DNA of 21,826 bases from Ginkgo biloba. Lineage: Eukaryota > Plantae > Ginkgophyta. Shown here piece by piece: positions 15,100-21,826 of this stretch (the stretch's first letter is position 1; every line of letters begins with the position of its first letter). The notes below the pieces were generated by a model. It was not told where the DNA came from. It worked only from the letters and a program-made list of their open reading frames with translations, and did not search any database. Position numbers and translations under genes: made by a program. The stretch is from NCBI GenBank assembly GCA_024626585.2, contig JANKJI020000004.1:166294527-166316352 (forward strand), read 5' to 3'.

Positions 15100-15380
15100 C
15101 AGCCGATGCTCTTCAACTTAAAACGCTCCTTAAGCTCAAAATCTGACACAAGTCTTTGTCTGGCCATAAACGTGTAGCCTCATGGAGCAATCAATCTTTT
15201 CTCAAAGGTTCACCAATATATGTATGCACACCCAGGATAAAACCATCTGGCTTATCCATGTACTAAACATGTTCTACCAAATTATCCATCCTTCATTGAA
15301 ATTGACAACATGCTCCAATTTGTACCACAATGAACTGGCCTGTACCAAACATATATGGAAAGTGAAATCATCCTCTACTA
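15100..15380 (-). mobile_element. Possible very old Ty1/copia reverse-transcriptase remnant
   Basis: The minus strand reads DNLVEHV*YMDKPDGFILG...LRKD*LLHEATRLWPDK, then in another frame ELKERFKLKSIG. This resembles L.EEVYM.QPEGF...LKK.LYGLKQA.R.W and L...FEMKDLG. The YVDD motif was not seen. Confidence 0.35.
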
Positions 15381-16592
15381 AACCTGCAACAATGCACAAA
15401 TAAGTTTTAGCACAATAAATAAGCGTTGATATACAACACAGCTAGTAAATCTAGGCAAATTACACCTTGAAAAGGGGGAAAAGTGTCAAGTTGAATAATG
15501 AAGCTAGATCATTAGTATTACAACTTTTAATATCATTTGTTGAATAAGTAGTAATTAAAAGAAAGAAGCCATTAAAGGCCCAAAGGATAGCCCCTAATAT
15601 ATCACCTCCAATGGAGTAATAACAAGCCGCAATTGACACCATAGTAGATTAGTTAGAGTTAGGTCACTTCCAATAATAATTCCCACTATTTTATGGAGGT
15701 ATGGTGGATGTGTTTTGCTATAAGTGCAGGGGCTTGCTTGGCTTTGGCAATACTATAATTCTTGACTTAAGTCTCTAGCTTTGGACTCCTTTCTCCATCT
15801 TTCAGCTTCCATTTTGTTCTTGCTTGTTGGGTGCTCTACTTTATGGTAGAATCTCAGAACAGGAGTTATTCATTGTGGTTGAATTGGTGACTAGGGATTT
15901 ATCATTTGTTGAGTGTTAGGCACCATTATCCTAGGGTGACACCTTCATCCTAGGGTCAATTTCTTCATTATTATTGCATACAAAGCCTATGGATTGCCCT
16001 AAAAGGTGATGCAGGTATCCACGAAGGACTGTACCATAATTTGAAGCATTGATTTAACCTACTTGCTCGATGGGAACTAGAGCATTGCAACTCCAGGCAC
16101 TGTTATGGGTTTTTTATCCATGGTTGCAGATGGCATCATTAGACTGAGTGTTTTGACCCTGCGAGTCCCTCAGAATTGTAAGTGTCCAAAAATCCTAATT
16201 TGTAGATCATTTTTATGTTTACGGCCATAAACTGATACAAACAATTTGTGCCATGCTTTGTGCACGATTGGCAAATATACAGTCAAGCATCTCTTTCTAG
16301 GGTCTGTTTATGGATGATATGATGATATAAAAGCTATCTATGATGGATTTATGTGATAATCAATCTAGGAAACCCTTCCTTTACCATGTACTCTAATTCT
16401 AGCCCTATTGTTGATCAAATGTTGGGTCTTGATCATGGGAATGANNNNNNNNNNNNNNNNNNNNNNNNNNNNNNNNNNNNNNNNNNNNNNNNNNNNNNNN
16501 NNNNNNNNNNNNNNNNNNNNNNNNNNNNNNNNNNNNNNNNNNNNAATAGGAGAGAGAGGTGACCTATGGTCTCCATGAGCTTTGGCTCTTCA

Positions 16593-16913
16593 CCTCTTGT
16601 TACCTTTCACCTTCCGGTAACTCTTCAACTTCTAGTGACCCTTCACCTTCTAGTGACTATTCAACTTGTAGTGAATGTCCAACTTCTAATGGCCTTTCAA
16701 TTTCCTGTGCTTGTTCACCTTTCAGTGACTATTCAACGCCTTATGCATGTTCATCTTCCGAAGTCCTTTTTAGCTTCCGTTGACCATTCAACTTCCAATG
16801 GCCGTTAAACTTTCAGTGGCCATTCGCCCAATGACTATTTATCTTTCAATGACTGTTCAACTTACAATGACCATTCATCCTCTAATGACAATTCATCTTT
16901 TGGTAACTGTCCA
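16593..16913. repeat. Diverged 18-bp minisatellite, about 18 units, approximate consensus ACTTCCAATGACCATTCA
   Basis: Consecutive units read directly, e.g. ccttccggtaactcttca|acttctagtgacccttca|ccttctagtgactattca ... tctttcaatgactgttca|acttacaatgaccattca|tcctctaatgacaattca. Confidence 0.92.
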
Positions 16914-18934
16914 AGCCTCATTCAATTTTGCTAGGTCCTCAATAGTGATCATTTCGGTAATTGCATGCCTCCATGCAATCCCTTAGGCTTACCACTAGAG
17001 AAGAAGCCCGCCTTAGACTTGAAACAGGGGCCAATTTGTTCTTGTAACAATAGAAGGGCTGGACCTTTCCTTGATGATGCCTAAATCCCATGAACCCTTT
17101 GATAGTGCTGAAATAACATGTCACTGTTCTAATGGAGGTATCCTACACTGGATAAACCCTAGGGCTCTTCTTTTTTTTTTTTTCTCTCTCCTAATCACCT
17201 CCTTAAGTGATTGAGTCAATAGTTGCAATACACGTGTTGGCTTCATTATCAAACTTGTCTTCTTTCACTGATTTCGAGATAAGACTCAACCTTTTTGGGT
17301 TGTAACAATTGCCATCATTGTGGATTCACTGACAATTTGCTTCTAAAATTGTTGCTAAGATTTTTGGGTAGAGGACCATAATATCCTCAAAGCAAAATAA
17401 AATCATGTGGTGTCGATGGAGAAAATTCCACTAGTGACTTCTACATTCTCTCATCAAATCTAGATTCGTTGGTGCAAGTCAGGCAATGCATCAACTAGTT
17501 GTAGTGATTGACAACTATATGCCATGTAATTAAGTTTGCTCTAACATTTGTTCCTTGTTTGCAGGATATTCGTCCCTAACGAATATNNNNNNNNNNNNNN
17601 NNNNNNNNNNNNNNNNNNNNNNNNNNNNNNNNNNNNNNNNNNNNNNNNNNNNNNNNNNNNNNNNNNNNNNNNNNNNNNNNNNNNNNTTCCATCTCACTTC
17701 ACCCAACTAGTTTGATTCTATTAAATTAGGTGTTTATTGATGTGATTCCACATCAAACAATACTCTCTCTTTGTTATACATAAACCACCTTCAAATTGTG
17801 GCTAGTCAACATACCCTCGAAAAAATGATTCTTGAGATTTTGTAGGATAGGACATAGTTGAACTATTGCCAATCTATTGCAAACAATAAGACTGCTATTC
17901 TCTCATCAAGAGTGAGCTCCAACAACATTCAAATTCAAACTTCATTGGGGCAAACTATCTGATTTTATACTTCTCGAAGACAAATCATGACAAAATGTCT
18001 TAGTGTCAAAGGGGTTCATGCTGGGAGACTACTCCTTTTACATCCTTTGAAATTTTCTCTATTTTTCTTTTTACATTAACTTATTGCTACAAATGACTGA
18101 ATGTGTTGGGAATTGTTGCAACTTCTCCAAATTTTGAATATTTTTTTAATAAAATCGTTTTCTTTTCTTTATCCCTTTGTGTCTTAAAAAAACAATTTTT
18201 TCTTGACAACATGGTGTTTTTTGGTCTACCTAGTCATTATAAATGATCAAGAGCCAATTTTTTGAAGTGTGTGGATGATTCACCAGTCTTACTGGGTGCT
18301 AACATGTCATAAATAACAATATAACAATGCTTATTTACAATAGTTTCCCCATTATTAAGGTTCATTTGACTGCTCTTGGTTAGTGGATCTTTGTGGGGTT
18401 GCCTTCGGGGTGACAAATAACAAGCTACTATATAGGCAAGCTAAAAAAAATGATAATAGTGTCGCGCCGAGTTATTGCTACTGCTAATGATGTTGAGGCT
18501 AGAACAACTCAACATAATGTTGATCCAATATCTAGTTAACAAGCATGTCATCTATTGTGATATGTGAGTGGGGTACATGATATCTCTAGAGTCCAAAAGT
18601 ATCTCTACCAAAATTTGACCTCCTCCAATAAAACATGTAATCATGGGCTATAGACAATTCATTGGTTATTGAAATAATGACAAAACGATAGTGAATTTGT
18701 GAAGATGATTAGGGGTTAGACTTCATGGCATATGGCTATTTGTAATGTAGAAATAATTGTCTAAGATTTTGCTACAATGTTGGTGGTTATATGTTTGAGC
18801 AACTCAACATGTGCAACATAATGTAACTTGTGTTGTTGTAAAGGACCAAGATAAGGCTGATGCTCTTGGATTTTCCTTATTGGTATTGTTAGTGAAATTG
18901 TATCACAAGAAGTGTCTTGAACCAACCATGACCT

Positions 18935-19162
18935 TGTTAGAATTAGGTTCACAGGTAATTTATAAATCACATAACCACACTAAAAATATTCAACACATGA
19001 ATATTGGGTATTGTGTACCCTCTAAACTCTCCAATATATATTCACATAGAATAATACAATACACAATGTACAATCATTATGTAATGATTACAAATAAATA
19101 AAACTCACGGAAGACATGTGTACAACATGCACAAGTGTGCACATGCTTGCCATATTTAGCAC
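18935..19162 (-). mobile_element. 3' end of an LTR on the minus strand (3' LTR or solo LTR), cut by a gap
   Basis: On the + strand it begins TGTTAGAATTAGGTTCAC, the reverse complement of the LTR end at 19405. No PBS follows it on the minus strand. Confidence 0.7.
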
Positions 19163-19262
19163 NNNNNNNNNNNNNNNNNNNNNNNNNNNNNNNNNNNNNN
19201 NNNNNNNNNNNNNNNNNNNNNNNNNNNNNNNNNNNNNNNNNNNNNNNNNNNNNNNNNNNNNN

Positions 19263-19418
19263 ACCTTGACTTCCATTTGACCGGGTTTAGAACTAGGGTT
19301 TCTTGGGCTGTGACATAAGAGGTTACACAATACCCAATATTCATGTGTTAAATATTTGTAGTTTTAAATGTAATTTCTCTATTTCCTATGAACCTAATTC
19401 CAACATTTGGTATCAGAG
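19263..19418 (+). mobile_element. 3' end of a 5' LTR (ends CCAACA at 19405) with a tRNA-iMet primer-binding site (19408-19418)
   Basis: ...CCTAATTCCAACA-TT-TGGTATCAGAG: the canonical CA terminus, a 2-nt spacer and the TGGTATCAGAG(C) PBS. Leader-like sequence follows, without a recognisable gag. Confidence 0.85.
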
Positions 19419-21305
19419 TAGATTCAGGCAAAGGAAATTTATTTTCCAAGAGAAATTGAAAATCATGTGCCTGAGAGAAGAGCAGATTTGAAGGAAAAAA
19501 TCATTTTTTATTAGAATGGATTTTGTAGTTGCTTGGAGCTCATCCTTGTTTACCAATTAGAGAAGAAATTAATTCTAATGTCTCTGTCTCTATGGTTGGG
19601 CATTGTTGGAACGAATTTGAGAGATCAAAAGCAAATCGTGGGTGTAAGAAGGCATCCTAGTGTGAGAGATCAGTCCCATAGGTGGAAGAATATCTTTGAA
19701 AAGGATTATTCAACATCGAATGCTTCACGTTGTTGTGTAAACAACAATGCAGGTCATCGAAGAAGAAACGACGTTGAGGGAAGGCGCTTCGTTTGAGGCC
19801 CATTGCAAATCATGTGGTGTTTGGCACCTATGCAGAGTTTCTTTGGTGAGTTTGGTGCCCACCATGAGTTCCTCCTATAACAACGACGTCTTTGAAAAAA
19901 TGATGTCTCCGACACGACGTTTGGGTGGGATATGTGAAGCTCGTATGAGATCAATGAAGGGCGTTGTGAGGTTGAGAACAATCACGTTTTCTTGAGGCCT
20001 AGTGGTGGAAGACTGTAGGAAGCTAGAACAGATCGTGGAAGAAATACTAGGTGCCCATCCAAGCATAAATATGAGGTCACGAGGGAAAACCAAGAAATCA
20101 AATTGAAAAATTTTGAATTCAAGGAGAATCGGGCGGTGCTGCAACGAGGTTTGATTTAAAAAAAAAAAAAAATTCAAAATTTTATTAAGTTACAAACTTT
20201 ATAAATTTTTTTGTCTGTTGTTGGTTATTTTCCCATCAGTTGCTTAAAACACTTTTTTGTCAAGTCACTTTGTTGTCTATTGACGAAAAAGTTTATGTTT
20301 TTTTTTTTTTTTTTATATTTTTGTCATTTTTCTCAAAAGACCTCACCATGGAATCACGCACCCTATCGCAACATAAACCTAAGAATTTCCACATTACCAT
20401 GGAAATATGTACCCTATTGTATTTAATTACTAATTATTTCTCATTTTCATGGTATTAATCTTGGTGTTTGATGATGTATCTTTTTTAGATATTTTTACCT
20501 TTTAAGAGCAATGATTCCTCATTCTGGCAAATTTTTTGACCTCCTGGATCACGTGACTGACCTGGTCACCTAAGATAGTGTTATCAACTTGATTACAAAC
20601 TCTTTTGTCTATAGAATATCTATGTTTATCTATAAATAGAGGGATTATAGAGGGGTTAAAGGAGAAGAATTGATGCACTATTATGTTGTCCTTTTGTCTA
20701 CAGAGCCATTTTTTCATTTTCATGAGTACTATTATGGCAGTGAAATTCTTATTCATTGATTTAGAGGTTGTAGTTTCTTGGGAGTTTACTATTAAGGGAG
20801 AGAGATTCATAGATTTTGTTCTATTGTAGTATGCTTTTTCCCATTCAATCCCCTTAATCTATCTCATCCTAATATCATTCGAATTCCACTTTACCTTTCA
20901 CACCTTGAAGCAATTTAGATGGGAGACTGTGGATTCATGGAGCTTAGAAGCTTGCTCAATCAGAGTTGGTGTTGCCTTTGGAGAAAATCTTTATGGATAT
21001 CAGGTGTGTTGGCTTGGAGTTGCCAATGGGAGGTATCTAAACCAATCATTCATGAGAGATGCACGCACAGGGATTTGAGAACAAGAGCCTTCATTACAAG
21101 GGGGGCAGTCCTGAACTTGGCACTGCCCTAAGTAGTACATTCATAAACTCTTTGCTTTCTCTCCTCCGATCTACCAAGATCGACAAATACACATGTTTAT
21201 ATAGGCGGAGAAGGTCGTTTAAATGGCCCAACTACCTAACTACCTCATTAAATATTACAAAATAAAGTGAAATTATTACATTATAACATTGACCATCCAA
21301 TAGAC

Positions 21306-21826
21306 AAGATGTCCAATAAGGTATCAAATGAGGAACTTATAGGAATTATGAAGTAGATGGACAATGGAAAATCTACAAGACTTGATGGATNNNNNNNNNN
21401 NNNNNNNNNNNNNNNNNNNNNNNNNNNNNNNNNNNNNNNNNNNNNNNNNNNNTCAATCCTTATTTAGGTTTGTGATGAGGTTCAAAATTCAAGATATCTA
21501 TATCCCAAAATAAACACAATGATCATAATATATCAGATAGTATTGTAATGGTTGGAGAGTGCTTTCATGTAGAGAGAGTTAATAGGAATGGATTGATGAT
21601 ATTAAAAGAAACACTTCTAAGGCTTATAATAATTTGGAATGGGATTATCTCTTATTAGTGTTGCACCTAAAGGGTATCAGTTGGAAAAATCTAAAATGGG
21701 TTGTGGCATTCTTAAAGACAACCAATGTGGTAGTCCTAGTTAATGGGAGACTAAAAGATATTTTATTTGTTACAATAGGTATTAGATAGGGTTTCCCTCT
21801 CCCACCTTACTTGTTTACAATTGTAG
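21306..21826 (+). mobile_element. Degenerate L1-clade LINE reverse transcriptase, continuing past the window end
   Basis: KVSNEELIGIMK*MDNGKSTRLDG (compare EEI...M...KSPGPDG). After the gap: HNISDSIVMVGECFH...GLMILK / TSKAYNNLEWDYLLLVLHLKG...KWV...VLVNG...IGIR*GFPLPPYLFTIV (compare KAYD.V.W.FL...GLRQG.PLSPYLF). Confidence 0.92.

Noticed and set aside
15404-15414. GTTTTAGCACA as partner TIR for the hAT end at 9732
   Set aside because: The terminal bases mismatch, there is no TSD, and it would place an intact host exon inside the element.
16593-16913. CRISPR-like array
   Set aside because: Units are head-to-tail with no unique spacers, and the context is eukaryotic.
17402-17425. ATCA-TG-TGGTGTCGATGG as LTR end plus PBS
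   Set aside because: Only a loose match to known PBS sequences, and no second LTR copy to confirm it.
17545-17586. Strong acceptor ttccttgtttgcAG followed by GATATTCGT, resembling a KATNAL2 exon start
   Set aside because: It does not encode the expected GDSEKL, the DIR frame hits TAA after four codons, and a DIIRG exon here would be out of order.

Overview
Eukaryotic, AT-rich, CpG-poor draft-assembly DNA with 14 N-gaps, nine of them exactly 100 N, so real distances and contig order are uncertain. It looks like intron-rich DNA from a large-genome land plant; a gymnosperm is my inference from intron size and TE style. Two intact + strand exons (9453-9519, 12653-12737) splice in frame to the Walker A region of a katanin p60-like 2 AAA ATPase (KATNAL2 type). 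Most of the rest is decayed transposon DNA: Ty3/gypsy RT and protease remnants, a hAT transposase 3' end, LINE RT remnants, a possible copia RT remnant, two oppositely oriented LTR ends with a tRNA-Met PBS, and tandem repeats. The least expected signals are two unidentified intron-containing gene-like fragments. One is on the + strand at 6523-7298 and has a candidate AT-AC (U12-type) intron. The other, weaker one is antisense at about 12956-13750. Most ORFs in the supplied track are spurious or span gaps. I found no convincing wholly new system; the gene fragments are the best leads.
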